Of a stretch of DNA of 64,000 nt, positions 48,369 through 58,703 are shown in pieces. The stretch comes from Sedimentisphaerales bacterium (GTDB lineage: Bacteria > Planctomycetota > Phycisphaerae > Sedimentisphaerales > Anaerobacaceae): the NCBI GenBank assembly GCA_040772485.1, contig JAXGYC010000008.1, positions 64,001-128,000 on the forward strand, read 5' to 3'. The translations under genes and the position numbers were made by a program. The stretch's first letter is position 1, and each line of letters begins with the position of its first letter. Below the pieces are notes generated by a model. It was given only the letters and a program-made list of their open reading frames with translations, ran no database searches and was not told where the DNA came from.

Positions 48369-49793
48369 TCAGCTATGGCAGTAGAGGTCCCAACCCAGAT
48401 ACTTCGTGATCGCTTCGTGCAGGACCCTGGCACAATGCGTCCGCGTCATGGCCACGTGGTGCTCGAAGCCGTTCTGGCACATGTAACCCATCAACTCCCG
48501 CAGTCGCGGGATCTGGCAGACCGCGATGCCGCCATCCATGTCGAACGGATCGTCCGTGAATTGACCTTCACCGAGGTACGTCTTGATCTTTCCTCGCCGA
48601 TCATCCGTCGACATGCGGAAGTAGGTCATCGGGCCGGCGGCCACGTGACCTTTGACGGCCCCGAAGCAGTTCTCGCGTCCCAACGACTCGCCCAGCACGT
48701 CCAGCTCGGCAATCTCGATCTGGCGGCCCATGAAGCTCCTGGGAAGATTGCTACAGTGCGTGCAAACGCACTTGTCCGCCTCGTCGGCGTAATTATTGTT
48801 CCAGTCGAGGAAGCCGGGAATCTGCCCCGACGCCAGCAGCAGCGCATACATCGAGACCGCGCCGACCACATCTACCTCGCAGGCGCTGGGCATGCGTTTC
48901 TCGCCCATCAGGCTCATGGACAGGCACGCGGCACAGCCGTAGTTGTTCTGCACGGAAGTCCAGCATTGCACCGCGCTGGCATTCAACTCGTTCTCGGCCA
49001 TCCATCTCTCCAGAACGACGGAGAGCTTGGCCTGTTTCAGCACGGCCTGGGGATCGATCCGCGCGGGGATCGATCCATAGTTCCTGATCTCAGACGATCT
49101 TTTCTGGACGGACTTTGCCCGATCGTCGAGCTGCCGGGCCTGGCTGATGATCTCGGACAAATCAACGGGGACCACCGTAATGCCTGAATCCTGGAGCAGC
49201 TTTTCGCTGAAGCGCACGGTCTGAAACGCCGCCGGACGCGCGCCAACCGCGCCGATCCGCGCGCGGCGCAGCCCTCGGACGACGCGACAGACGCGGGCGA
49301 AGAAATCCAGATCGGCCCCGAAAGCGTCACTGCCGATGTCGCACGTATGATCGCGCGTATCGGTGAACGGAATCCCATACTGATAGAGGTTGTTGCAGAC
49401 CGAGAGTTTGCCGCAAAAGGCATCCCGACGGCCTGCGACGTCCACCGCATCCAGACGGTCGCTGCACGCCTGCACCAATACGGGCACATCGAGACGAGCC
49501 AGATCGAGGGTCTCGACGACTCCAAGCTCGTCGCCGAAGTTGGGCAATACAACGATGACCCCGTCGATGCGATCGCGATGCTGCCGGAACAATGCGGCGC
49601 ATTTCTTCGCATCCGCCCGCGTTTCGACTGCCTGGTGGGCCGTGGCTTTGGCAGGCAAGATCACGTGCGAATACCCAAGAGCGCTGAGTTTGGCCAGCAG
49701 CTCTCGGCGGCCTTCCACCGCCAGCCGGGGATTGAAGAAGCCTCTCGTGCCCACAATCACGCCGAACGTCATCTTCTTGTCCAAGATCTTCAT
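48369..49793 (-). CDS. L-fucose/L-arabinose isomerase family protein
   Basis: LPNFGDE, RRDAFCGKLS, QCWTS, ACEVDV, HCSN, GFEHHVAM. Confidence 0.85.
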   Translation of the reverse strand: MKILDKKMTFGVIVGTRGFFNPRLAVEGRRELLAKLSALGYSHVILPAKATAHQAVETRADAKKCAALFRQHRDRIDGVIVVLPNFGDELGVVETLDLARLDVPVLVQACSDRLDAVDVAGRRDAFCGKLSVCNNLYQYGIPFTDTRDHTCDIGSDAFGADLDFFARVCRVVRGLRRARIGAVGARPAAFQTVRFSEKLLQDSGITVVPVDLSEIISQARQLDDRAKSVQKRSSEIRNYGSIPARIDPQAVLKQAKLSVVLERWMAENELNASAVQCWTSVQNNYGCAACLSMSLMGEKRMPSACEVDVVGAVSMYALLLASGQIPGFLDWNNNYADEADKCVCTHCSNLPRSFMGRQIEIAELDVLGESLGRENCFGAVKGHVAAGPMTYFRMSTDDRRGKIKTYLGEGQFTDDPFDMDGGIAVCQIPRLRELMGYMCQNGFEHHVAMTRTHCARVLHEAITKYLGWDLYCHS

Positions 49794-49827
49794 AACGCCC
49801 TTTCCCGTTGAGCAAACCTGCATAAAG

Positions 49828-49861
49828 ACAGGTCCCATCCTAAGGGACCGATGGGACCTGT
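49828..49861 (-). terminator. Hairpin / possible terminator after the LamG gene
   Basis: 12-bp perfect stem ACAGGTCCCATC / GATGGGACCTGT; followed on the minus strand by CTTTAT (weak U-tract). Confidence 0.5.
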
Positions 49862-49874
49862 GCAAGCGATTGCG

Positions 49875-52868
49875 TCAGAACGGCTTGTGCACCGGGTCTT
49901 TCTGCCCGGCCAGCCAGAGAATCTCTTCCTCAGACAGCGCTCGATCGTAGACACGAACGTTGTCCATCTGTCCGTTCAACTCACGCTCGATCGAGCCATT
50001 GTTGTTCCAGGCGCCGACGGTGGCAGCGCCCAGAATCAGCGTCAGCGGCGCCGCGAAGGCTCGGGAATCCTCGAGTCTGCCGTTCAGGTAGATCGCCGCT
50101 TCGTTGTCGGAGACGGTCAACGCCAAATGGACCCATGCGTTGGCCGACGCCACGGTGTCGCCCTGCATATCGCCGCCGGCCAGACCGTTGATTCCGGCGT
50201 TGGCCTTGCCGCCGGCGAGTTTGCAGTGGATCCCGCCGGCCGACCAGCCATCGCTGTTGATGCCCCCGGCGAAGCTGACGGAAGCCAGACCGACATTCGA
50301 GTACATCCACATCGAGTAGGTTCCCTGATTGAAGGTGGCGTTGGCGCCGCCGAGCCTCGGGATGGCCATCGCGTCGTCGGTCCCATCGAGAACGAGCGTA
50401 CCGGCGCTGACATATGCCTCATCCAGCAGCGTACCATCATGGCCGTTGCCGGAACTGTCGGCCGGGCCGCTCTCGAACGTGTATTCCGCCAGCAGGCCCG
50501 CCGTCCCCGGATCCGACGGCGTCAGCATTTCCGGCGTTCTGGGGTACAGGCGGATATCATCGACGTAAACCACTCCGGCCGCACCGGCGCCCTCCACACC
50601 GACCGCCAGACTCGTAACGTTGCGCAGGTTCCCGCCGACGGCCGACAGATCGATGTTCCACACCTGCCACCGGCCTTTCGCGATGTCGGCCGCGGCGCCG
50701 TCGTAGACGACCTTCGTGCCGTTGATCTTTACGTACAACTGCCCGCCGTGGCCGGCCGCGCCATAGAAGTAGAGCGAGAGACTCTTGAGACCGTTGGCCG
50801 CCCAATCCTGCGCGTCGAACGTGTACTCGGCTTCCGACATGGTCAGACCCGCGTTGTCGTAGAACAGCGGCATGGACTGCCGGCCGCCATGGACGATTGT
50901 TTGTTCAGCGAACGGGGTATTGAGATGCCCGACCGTAGAGCCATTCTGAGGATCTTCGAAGCCATCGATCCACGTCTGGAAGATGGCCTTCCCGGCGTCG
51001 ATGTCGTCGGTATAGCTCTCGAAATCATCCACGACCGCATATGGCAGAGTAGAGAAAGCCCACACATCGCCTTCCCAGATGGAAACCACATCAGCCTCGT
51101 TCACTTCGTCAACGCGCCAGTAGTACGTCGCACCATATTCGATCCCCTCCGGCGACAAGCGGGCGACATCCACCGTGTCGACCAGTTCGAGCATCTCGGG
51201 ATCGACGCCAAGGTACACGTCGTGAGACGCGGCATCGCGCCCCGCCCGCCAGCTCAGAAGCGCGTCCGGGTCCACGTTCGTGGCGCCGTCGGCCGGCTCG
51301 GGCTGGCGAGCCTGGGCAGGGATATAGAAGAAGCGGACCTCGCTCAGGCCGAACTGCCCCATCATGCCCCAACCGCTGTTGACGTTCAGCCTGACATACT
51401 TGGCGGCCACCCCCGCCATGTCGATCGTGGTGTTGTGCGTGTAGCTGCCGGAAGCGGTCGCCTTGGCCAGCTCGAAATCGCCGAGCGACGTCCAGTCCAC
51501 GCCATCCTGCGAGTATTCGATCGTAACGCCTTTGAGACCGAACCCGAGAACCAGTTCGAACTGGACGTTGTAGTTCCAGACCCACAGTTCGTGAAGCTTG
51601 TAGACCCGGTCGAACTCAAACTGAATCCAGAGCGGCTCGGCTCCATCGGGGACCGCCAGCCACATGTCCGACGCCGCGATCGAGTGCTGATCGTTGGCGT
51701 TGAGGCCGGAACCGTCGACGGTCTTGCCCGGAACGGCGTCGCCATCGGAGACACCGCTGGTGGTGGCGACAACAGCGGTGACCGGATAGGCCTGCGGCTC
51801 CGTCGTGAAGCTCCAGACCTTCCCCCGGTAGACCGTGAAATCGGGCGCGCCGTTGACTTCGTCAATCCGCCAGTAGTAGGGTTGCGCGAACTCCAGCAAA
51901 CCAGCGGGATCGTACGTTGCTTCGGCCTGCCCCTGGCTGACCAGGACCCCCATCGGATTGGTGCGGCTGGCCGCATTGACGTCGTCAAAGCTGGCGCCGA
52001 AGTACACATCGTGCGTCACGGCGAAATCGCCCGGCGTCCAGATCAGAACGACCTCGCGCGGAATATCCGTCGCTTCATCCTCCGGCCTCGGGTTCATCGC
52101 GGCGCCCGGCCCGGTCTGCCAGCCCAGAAAGCCCAGCGTCATGATCCCCTGAATCTGCTGCTGGTTCAAAACCTCGTCGAAGATCAGCACTTCATCCAAC
52201 GTGGAGTCCGAGTACTCGGCCAGGCCACCGTTGAGCGAATTGTAGTTGCCGTTGATGGCAAAGCGACCGTTGCCGTCGCCGTGGTCAAACGCGCCCGAGG
52301 CACTGGTGGAATCGACGGCGACCGGTTCGCCGTTGCGGTAAAGAATTCCCGTGCCGCCGTCATAGGTTGCCGCCGCGTGAATCCATTCATCCAGAACGAA
52401 GGGAGCCGGATCGAAGATCTGAATGTCCCCGCCCGACACGGTGTTCACGATGATGCGAAGCTGGTCGTCGTTGTTGCCATAGGTCAGCGCATACGCTTCG
52501 CCTCCGGTCGATCCCCTCTGCATGGACAGGACCACCTGCCAATGCGACAAGATTTGTTGAGGCCTGCACCAGGCCATGAAGCTGATGTCCTGTTCCACCA
52601 GGAGGCCCGGTGGGGTGGGAGGACCGAAATCGACGTAGTCGCCCTCTCCAAGCCGCAGGGCTCCGCCGAACATGCCTTCCCCCTCCGCAAGCCATTTCGG
52701 CGTTCCCTTGAGGGTCCCGGTCAGACCGTTGCCGGACGAATCACCGGCCGAGTTGCCGGTGCCCTCGTCGAAAAGCCAGGCACCGACCACTCCGGCTCGC
52801 GCACCGGGACTGATACACACAGACAGAACGAAAACCAACGAGAGAATCGAGAATAGTGTTGTCTTCAT
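49875..52868 (-). CDS. Secreted LamG / discoidin-like multidomain protein
   Basis: SD GGAGG and signal peptide MKTTLFSILSLV; GAWLFDEG LamG; YYWRIDEVN repeats; discoidin-like WNYN...GLSEVRF; VVDDFESY; C-terminal LamG DNVRVYDRALS. Confidence 0.88.
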   Translation of the reverse strand: MKTTLFSILSLVFVLSVCISPGARAGVVGAWLFDEGTGNSAGDSSGNGLTGTLKGTPKWLAEGEGMFGGALRLGEGDYVDFGPPTPPGLLVEQDISFMAWCRPQQILSHWQVVLSMQRGSTGGEAYALTYGNNDDQLRIIVNTVSGGDIQIFDPAPFVLDEWIHAAATYDGGTGILYRNGEPVAVDSTSASGAFDHGDGNGRFAINGNYNSLNGGLAEYSDSTLDEVLIFDEVLNQQQIQGIMTLGFLGWQTGPGAAMNPRPEDEATDIPREVVLIWTPGDFAVTHDVYFGASFDDVNAASRTNPMGVLVSQGQAEATYDPAGLLEFAQPYYWRIDEVNGAPDFTVYRGKVWSFTTEPQAYPVTAVVATTSGVSDGDAVPGKTVDGSGLNANDQHSIAASDMWLAVPDGAEPLWIQFEFDRVYKLHELWVWNYNVQFELVLGFGLKGVTIEYSQDGVDWTSLGDFELAKATASGSYTHNTTIDMAGVAAKYVRLNVNSGWGMMGQFGLSEVRFFYIPAQARQPEPADGATNVDPDALLSWRAGRDAASHDVYLGVDPEMLELVDTVDVARLSPEGIEYGATYYWRVDEVNEADVVSIWEGDVWAFSTLPYAVVDDFESYTDDIDAGKAIFQTWIDGFEDPQNGSTVGHLNTPFAEQTIVHGGRQSMPLFYDNAGLTMSEAEYTFDAQDWAANGLKSLSLYFYGAAGHGGQLYVKINGTKVVYDGAAADIAKGRWQVWNIDLSAVGGNLRNVTSLAVGVEGAGAAGVVYVDDIRLYPRTPEMLTPSDPGTAGLLAEYTFESGPADSSGNGHDGTLLDEAYVSAGTLVLDGTDDAMAIPRLGGANATFNQGTYSMWMYSNVGLASVSFAGGINSDGWSAGGIHCKLAGGKANAGINGLAGGDMQGDTVASANAWVHLALTVSDNEAAIYLNGRLEDSRAFAAPLTLILGAATVGAWNNNGSIERELNGQMDNVRVYDRALSEEEILWLAGQKDPVHKPF

Positions 52869-52996
52869 GGTCCAGACCTCCCAAAACAGCCTTTTCGTCA
52901 AGCCTCCACTACCATTGACCATTTCTCCTCTCACACACATAACTCTCCTCCACAATACGATACTCGTTTCTCTGACCCGGAGCACGTCTCCAGAAG

Positions 52997-53725
52997 TCAC
53001 ATCGCGTACGGAATGTCCTTCTTCGGCCAGGCCAGCCGGAATCCGGCGTCCAGGTCATCCAGACGCCGCAACAGCTCGACGTGGTCGTCGACAAAGACGA
53101 TGTTCGCGCCGCCTCGGTCGATGTCACTCGGCGCGTTGTGAAACGTCGCATAGTTGTCGATCTGCCTCTCGGCGTTGCCCACGGTGAAATGCGTGTCGTT
53201 GAAGGGCGCGATGCTGTACCCTTCGATGATCCAGGTGTTTTCTTCCGTGAACACGATCACCTGCGACGGCTGATAGACCTCGGTCTCTTTGGAGACTCCG
53301 GTCACACCGGCGCCCAGCCAACTCGACCAGATTTCACCGCCCCGGCCGACGTAGGAATTCATGACGTAACTGACCGCCGTGTCCGCGTAGTCCGTTCCTT
53401 TGGCCAGCATGTTGAACTTGGGACACATATGCACGTCCAGCGCCTTCAGATACGGCCACAGCACGCCCTCGGGTCTCTCCCCTTTTCGCACCCAATCATG
53501 TCCCTCAGACTTGAGCCAGGTCCAGGCGTCGGGAAATTTGTAGCTGTTGTCGTCCAGGTACATGCGCAGCGCGATGCCGTACTGCTTCAGATTGGCCCGA
53601 CATCGCAAGGTGCGGGCCTGATCCCTCGCCTTGCTCAGGGCCGGCATGAGAATAGCCATCAGCAGAGCGATGATGGCGATCACGACCAGCAGTTCGATCA
53701 GCGTAAAGCCTCTTCTCGTCCGCAT
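52997..53725 (-). CDS. Prepilin-type N-terminal cleavage/methylation domain protein
   Basis: [55 protein letters not shown]. Confidence 0.9.
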   Translation of the reverse strand: MRTRRGFTLIELLVVIAIIALLMAILMPALSKARDQARTLRCRANLKQYGIALRMYLDDNSYKFPDAWTWLKSEGHDWVRKGERPEGVLWPYLKALDVHMCPKFNMLAKGTDYADTAVSYVMNSYVGRGGEIWSSWLGAGVTGVSKETEVYQPSQVIVFTEENTWIIEGYSIAPFNDTHFTVGNAERQIDNYATFHNAPSDIDRGGANIVFVDDHVELLRRLDDLDAGFRLAWPKKDIPYAM

Positions 53726-53795
53726 TCGAATACCCCTTTCCGGTCCTGCCTCTTCCGGTTCCGCAAGGCTCCGTAGACAATTCATCATGCTGTTT

Positions 53796-54038
53796 CGGCA
53801 CGCCCAGCTCGACAATGGCCCGCACTTCCGGCGGCTCGCACATGAGAATGCCGTCCGGCTTGAGCTTCTTGAGGACCGCCAGGAGGCGGTGTTCCGCCGT
53901 GCGGTCACGGTGTTCCAGAGGCCGGTAGAACGTCCAGAAACCCTGAAGCCGCGCGTACTCGGCAATCCCGCCGAGAATCCCGCGCGTGAACTGGCGGGAA
54001 GGATCGATCAGCAATGCGATTTTCGTACTCTCCGGCAT
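53796..54038 (-). pseudogene. Truncated XylR-type (LacI-like sensor + AraC) regulator, N-terminal 81 codons only
   Basis: [33 protein letters not shown]...PDGIL...LGVP resembles XylR N-termini. The frame then runs as non-homologous sequence into the prepilin gene (stop 53505). No HTH. Confidence 0.65.
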
Positions 54039-54064
54039 CCGGTCGGCCCCCTGTTCCTCGTATG

Positions 54065-55588
54065 TCACGATTCGCCTTGTTCCTCTACCCGGCAGACGTC
54101 CTTGAGGGCGGGATGAAGTTGTCTATAGGATCCATACCGGCTGTCATATTGCCGGCTGCGCTCAAGATTGGGCTCCACGACCGTGTCGAAATCTACGGCG
54201 GCGCGGACCGCCTCCGCGATATCCGGATAGTGCCCGACGGCGACCGCCGCGAGAATGGCGGCCCCCAGACAGGCGGCCTCCGTCACGCGCGGAACGCGAA
54301 GCCGCATCCGGCAGATGTCCGCCTTCAACCGGAGCCACATCCTGCTGCGCGCTCCGCCGCCGACCGCGTGCAATTCCCCAAGTTCGACACCCGCCTCGCG
54401 CAGGAAGTCGAGATTGCTTCGCAACTCGAACGTCAGCCCCTCCAGAATTGCCTTGGCGATTTCGGCCTGCGTCGTGGAAAACGTCAATCCCACGATGGCG
54501 CCCCTGGAGCGCGTGTCCGGCGAAGGTGTCCCCGCCCCGGCGAAATGGGGCTGCACCAGTAGATCGGTTGGACCGTCCGGCGCACCGGCCAGGAGCAGAT
54601 CGTAGGCATCCTGCCCGGTCTGTGCCGCCCGCGCGATGCAATCCTGACAGAGCGTGTCGCGGAACCAGCGCAGGACGAGGCCCCCGCTGTGGTTCAGCGT
54701 CATGGCCAGGTACAAGCCCGGCGCCACGTGTCGATAAACCGAAATGCTGCCTTCGCGCAGCTTCGGGTCCACTACCGGCGAGCCCATCGCCACCTCGACC
54801 ACCTCGGCCGTCCCGGTCGAGACCATCGCCAATCCGGGCCGGATCACGCCGCTGCCCAACGCGGCACAGGCCTGGTCATGCCCGCCGATGGCCACGAGCA
54901 TCGACTTTGGCAAACCGATCTCGCGAGCGACGGTCCCGTCGAGCGTTCCGGCGACCGCTTCACTCGCAGGCAGAAGCTCTGCAAGTCGGCGCGGATCGAT
55001 CTGACAACGATCGAGGATGTCCGTCGCCCAGGCGGAAGTCCCCAAGTCGTACATCTGGGTCCGCGACGCCAGGCAGTGGCTGATGATGGCGCGACCGGTC
55101 AGGCGACGAAGAAAGTAGTCTTCGTAGAGCAGAAATCGCGCGGCACGGCGCCAGAGCGGCGACTCGCTTCGTCGAAGCCACAGGAGTTTGGTGACGGTGT
55201 TCATCGTGTGCACGGGCATGCCGGTGCGGCGGAAAAGCGTCTCAGGGCCGAACGTCTCGACGAGCCAGTCGTTCTCGGCCGTGGTCCGTGTGTCCATGCC
55301 CAGGATCGCATGCCGAATGGGACGGCCCATCTCGTCGACAGGGATGATCGCCTCTCCCTGGACGGACAGGGCGAGGGCCTGGGGCGGGTCCGCCTTGCTC
55401 TGACCGACCGCCTGCGTCAGCGTCTCCATCGCCAGTTGCCAGACGCGTTCCGCATCCTGCTCGGCCCAATGCGGACGGGGCGTGAGCACCGAATACTCGC
55501 GGGAGGCACTCGCGACCAGACGCCAGTCGTCGCTGAACACGGCGGCCTTGCAACCTGTTGTTCCGATGTCCAACCCCATAACCGACAT
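54065..55588 (-). CDS. FGGY-family carbohydrate kinase (xylulokinase-like)
   Basis: [38 protein letters not shown]. Confidence 0.92.
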   Translation of the reverse strand: MSVMGLDIGTTGCKAAVFSDDWRLVASASREYSVLTPRPHWAEQDAERVWQLAMETLTQAVGQSKADPPQALALSVQGEAIIPVDEMGRPIRHAILGMDTRTTAENDWLVETFGPETLFRRTGMPVHTMNTVTKLLWLRRSESPLWRRAARFLLYEDYFLRRLTGRAIISHCLASRTQMYDLGTSAWATDILDRCQIDPRRLAELLPASEAVAGTLDGTVAREIGLPKSMLVAIGGHDQACAALGSGVIRPGLAMVSTGTAEVVEVAMGSPVVDPKLREGSISVYRHVAPGLYLAMTLNHSGGLVLRWFRDTLCQDCIARAAQTGQDAYDLLLAGAPDGPTDLLVQPHFAGAGTPSPDTRSRGAIVGLTFSTTQAEIAKAILEGLTFELRSNLDFLREAGVELGELHAVGGGARSRMWLRLKADICRMRLRVPRVTEAACLGAAILAAVAVGHYPDIAEAVRAAVDFDTVVEPNLERSRQYDSRYGSYRQLHPALKDVCRVEEQGES

Positions 55589-55620
55589 AGGCACCTCGCA
55601 TCACAGAGTGCGGCGCAGCA

Positions 55621-56970
55621 TCAGTCCAGTTGGATGGCGTCAAGCAACTCCAGCAGCTCGCGGTCGTCGATCTGTCCGGCCATCCACCGGTCCTGGAGCC
55701 GCCGAAGAAGAAGCACAGTGGACGACTCGTAAAGCTCCACATCGTCGTACCGTATTGGGACATCTTGCCCGACCCGCCGGACCAGCCTGGCGCCTTTTGC
55801 CAGGCCGATGGGCAGAAGGTTGTCGGCCTTGGCGGCCGCATGTTCGTCGATCAGGCTGTAGAACGAACAGCCACCGATGCCATCCAGGAGATCGCCGGGC
55901 TTAAGATCCTGCTTGGCTACGGCAAAGACTTCTGATACCAACCGATTCAAAGGGAACATGTTGGACTTCTTGCGGATCGCCAGCATGGCACAGGTCAAAG
56001 GCACCTCGATGCTACAGAGATGGTACGGGCGAAACAGCGTGTAGTACGGACCGTTGCCCATATCGCGATAGACCAGTGCCTGACGCAAACGCGGATGGTC
56101 CGTCGTCACGACGAGAAAGACGCCTGGATGCACGCCTCCGATGCCATAGTCGACCACTCCGGCGCGATTGAGCACGCCGCCATGTTCTTTCAGAGCGAAC
56201 GTCTCGTGCAGCTTGTCGCGGCTGGTTCGCGGACCGCGCATGCCGCGAACGTCGGGCACCAGGCCGGTGGCGTTGGAGACGGCCGCCATCTCGATCATCG
56301 TCTTGCTGCCGTCCACGAACTCGATCAGCATGTTGGGATTGAGGCCTCGCCGCGCCGCTTCCCTGGCCCATGCCTCATCCGTTGGCCTGGCGTGACGATC
56401 CAGCGGATTGTTCTTGCCCTTGCCCGCCGCGACGATGGTGAAGCCCAGGGCGTCGGCAAAATCGTACAACTCCTTGCACGCCGCCGGCTCGTCGCCCGCT
56501 GCCAGTGCGTAGAGCGCCCCCTTTTGCGCCGCGTACCAGCTCAGCAGAGGTCCGACGGTGATGTCCGTCTCGACGTTCATCATGGCCAACTGCTGGCCGT
56601 TCCGAGCCGCCAGCATCGCCGCCCGCGCCCCCACTTCAGGCACTCCCGTTGCTTCGAGCATCACCTCGACCCGCTTCATCGCGGTGACCACGCGAAAATC
56701 GCGCGTGCACACCCGCTTGCCGGTCGCCACAGCGGCATCCGCCTCGACCGCCGAATCCGTCTCGACCACCTCGCCTTTGAGACCGGCGATGCCGAATGCC
56801 TCTCGCGCTCGCGTCAGGTTCACGTCCGCGATCACGGGGATGTCGATTCCCTTCATCATCGTCACCTGGGCGACGACGTCGACGCCCATCTGGCCGGCCC
56901 CGATCAGGCCGATCCGCACGGGATTGTTCTGTTCGTGTCGTTCCTGAAGTTCAGCATTCAGACCGATCAT
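55621..56970 (-). CDS. Homoserine-dehydrogenase-like NAD(P)-dependent oxidoreductase with C-terminal SAF domain
   Basis: GLIGAGQMG, EATG, MMNVETD, AGDEP, AAGKGKNN, FVDGSKTMIEM, RPYHL, LDGIGG, LPIGL. Confidence 0.85.
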   Translation of the reverse strand: MIGLNAELQERHEQNNPVRIGLIGAGQMGVDVVAQVTMMKGIDIPVIADVNLTRAREAFGIAGLKGEVVETDSAVEADAAVATGKRVCTRDFRVVTAMKRVEVMLEATGVPEVGARAAMLAARNGQQLAMMNVETDITVGPLLSWYAAQKGALYALAAGDEPAACKELYDFADALGFTIVAAGKGKNNPLDRHARPTDEAWAREAARRGLNPNMLIEFVDGSKTMIEMAAVSNATGLVPDVRGMRGPRTSRDKLHETFALKEHGGVLNRAGVVDYGIGGVHPGVFLVVTTDHPRLRQALVYRDMGNGPYYTLFRPYHLCSIEVPLTCAMLAIRKKSNMFPLNRLVSEVFAVAKQDLKPGDLLDGIGGCSFYSLIDEHAAAKADNLLPIGLAKGARLVRRVGQDVPIRYDDVELYESSTVLLLRRLQDRWMAGQIDDRELLELLDAIQLD

Positions 56971-56973
56971 GGT

Positions 56974-58023
56974 TCATTCTTTCTCGAAGGAGATGAGCAC
57001 CTTCAACGCATCGCCCGCCGCCGCCATGCGATAGGCGCCGTCGATTCCGCCGAGCGGAAACTGATGCGTGATGATCTTGTCGGCGGGCAGCGTTCCGTCG
57101 GCCAGCAGGTCGAGCGCCCGGCGATGAACGCGCGGATGGTAGGAGAAGGTCCCGAGGACTTCGATTTCTCCGTAGTGAATCTTGTTGCCGTCCAGCGTGG
57201 TCATCGGACTGGCCTTGGGCAGGCCGCCGAAGAGCAGGACTTTGCCGCCCTTGCGCACCATGTCCACGCCCTGCCGCTGCGTCTCGGCTACCGGATTGGC
57301 GCAGATCACGATGTCGGCTCCGAGTCCTTTCGTGAATTCCCTCACGCGGGCGACCACATCCTGTGACATCGGATCGAGAATCAGATCCGGGTCGAATCGC
57401 GCGGCGAGTTCCCGACGCCTCTCGCTGCACTCGGTGACGATGGTCTTAGCGCCGTGCATCTTGGCCACCGCCACGTGCAGGCAACCGATCGGCCCGGCTC
57501 CCAGGATGACGACGGTGTCTCCCCGGCCGGTTCCGGCCCTCTCATGCGTCGCCAGCACGGAGCAGCACGGTTCCGACAAGGCCGCGTGTGCAAAGCCCAG
57601 TCCTTCGGGCATGAGGTTGACGACGCCGTTCTCCAGGATCTCGGGCGTCAGCGCCATCCGCTCGGCGAAGCCGCCTGGAAAGCCCGGCGTAATGCCCAGG
57701 AATTGCAGGTGGTCGCACAGATTGTATCGCTCGCTCCGGCAGTAATAGCACGTGCCGCAGTGCACATCCGGCGCGATCGCCAAGCGATCGCCTACCTTGA
57801 AGCGGGTGCATCGCGCATCGACCGCAATGGCCACGCCGGACGCTTCGTGCCCCGGAGTCACCCCGCCCGAGCCCGCCGGCGGCCCTTCCTTCCAGCGACG
57901 CAGTTCCGAGCCGCAAATCCCGCATGCCTTGACCGCAAGAACCAGGCCACCTTCCGGGACATCCGGTTCCGGGACATTCCGTATCTCGATCCTCTGTGGT
58001 CCCGTCAGTAACGCCACCTTCAT
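56974..58023 (-). CDS. Zinc-binding sugar/polyol dehydrogenase (MDR family)
   Basis: CGICGSE, GHE, CGTCYYC...C structural Zn site, GAGPIG. SD GAGG. Confidence 0.92.
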   Translation of the reverse strand: MKVALLTGPQRIEIRNVPEPDVPEGGLVLAVKACGICGSELRRWKEGPPAGSGGVTPGHEASGVAIAVDARCTRFKVGDRLAIAPDVHCGTCYYCRSERYNLCDHLQFLGITPGFPGGFAERMALTPEILENGVVNLMPEGLGFAHAALSEPCCSVLATHERAGTGRGDTVVILGAGPIGCLHVAVAKMHGAKTIVTECSERRRELAARFDPDLILDPMSQDVVARVREFTKGLGADIVICANPVAETQRQGVDMVRKGGKVLLFGGLPKASPMTTLDGNKIHYGEIEVLGTFSYHPRVHRRALDLLADGTLPADKIITHQFPLGGIDGAYRMAAAGDALKVLISFEKE

Positions 58024-58062
58024 AGGCCATCCTCGATTGCGCGCCCGTGCGCAGGTCACACG

Positions 58063-58683
58063 TTAGTGTCCACGTTTCTCCGCTTCGATCTTCGCGCCGA
58101 CGGCGCCGCCCGGGTGGGTGTGGCCGAACTGCTCCTTGGTATAGCCCCGCAATTCGAGCAGCAGCACACAGAGTACGTCGCAAGCGGCGCCGTTCATCAG
58201 CGAACTGCCCGTTGCGATCATGCCATAAGGGTCAGTGCTCTGCGGCGCCGTCACATGGACGACGGCGTCGCTGAGCCTGCCCAAGGGCGAATCCGGCTTC
58301 TCGGTATGGGCAATCACCCTGGCTCCGCGATCCTTGGCGATTTGAGCGAACGTGTTGATTTCGGCGCTCTGTCCGCCCTTGGAAATGATGTACACGATGT
58401 CCTTGCCGCTGATCGCGCCGGCGCCGCCGTGGATGGAATTAGCGGCGCTGATGAACAGCGCCGGCGTTCCGCAACAGGCCAGCAGGTGGGCAAACCGCTG
58501 GGCCATCGCACAGCTCGTGCCCGCGCCGGCCGTCAGGATGTGCCCTTCGCATTCGAGCATCATTCGAGCGACGGTCACGAAGTCGGCATTCAACTGACCC
58601 TCCAGTGCAGCAACGGCTCCGGCCTCCGTCGCGACAACCGCTCTTGCCCTGGCAAGCATCTGGTCAAGTTCTGGTTTTGTCAT
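58063..58683 (-). CDS. SIS-domain sugar-phosphate isomerase (KpsF/GutQ-like, no CBS domains)
   Basis: AGAGTS, GTPALFI, HG, ISKGG, HPGGAVG. Confidence 0.85.
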   Translation of the reverse strand: MTKPELDQMLARARAVVATEAGAVAALEGQLNADFVTVARMMLECEGHILTAGAGTSCAMAQRFAHLLACCGTPALFISAANSIHGGAGAISGKDIVYIISKGGQSAEINTFAQIAKDRGARVIAHTEKPDSPLGRLSDAVVHVTAPQSTDPYGMIATGSSLMNGAACDVLCVLLLELRGYTKEQFGHTHPGGAVGAKIEAEKRGH

Positions 58684-58703
58684 ATCTGCATTCTCACGAA
58701 GGG

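Noticed and set aside
49851..52856. 1001-aa plus-strand ORF (likewise 26741..30205 +, 3344..5785 -, 13455..15584 -, 29992..31890 +, 390..1715 +)
   Set aside because: Antisense shadows of well-supported genes, common in high-GC DNA; no recognisable motifs.
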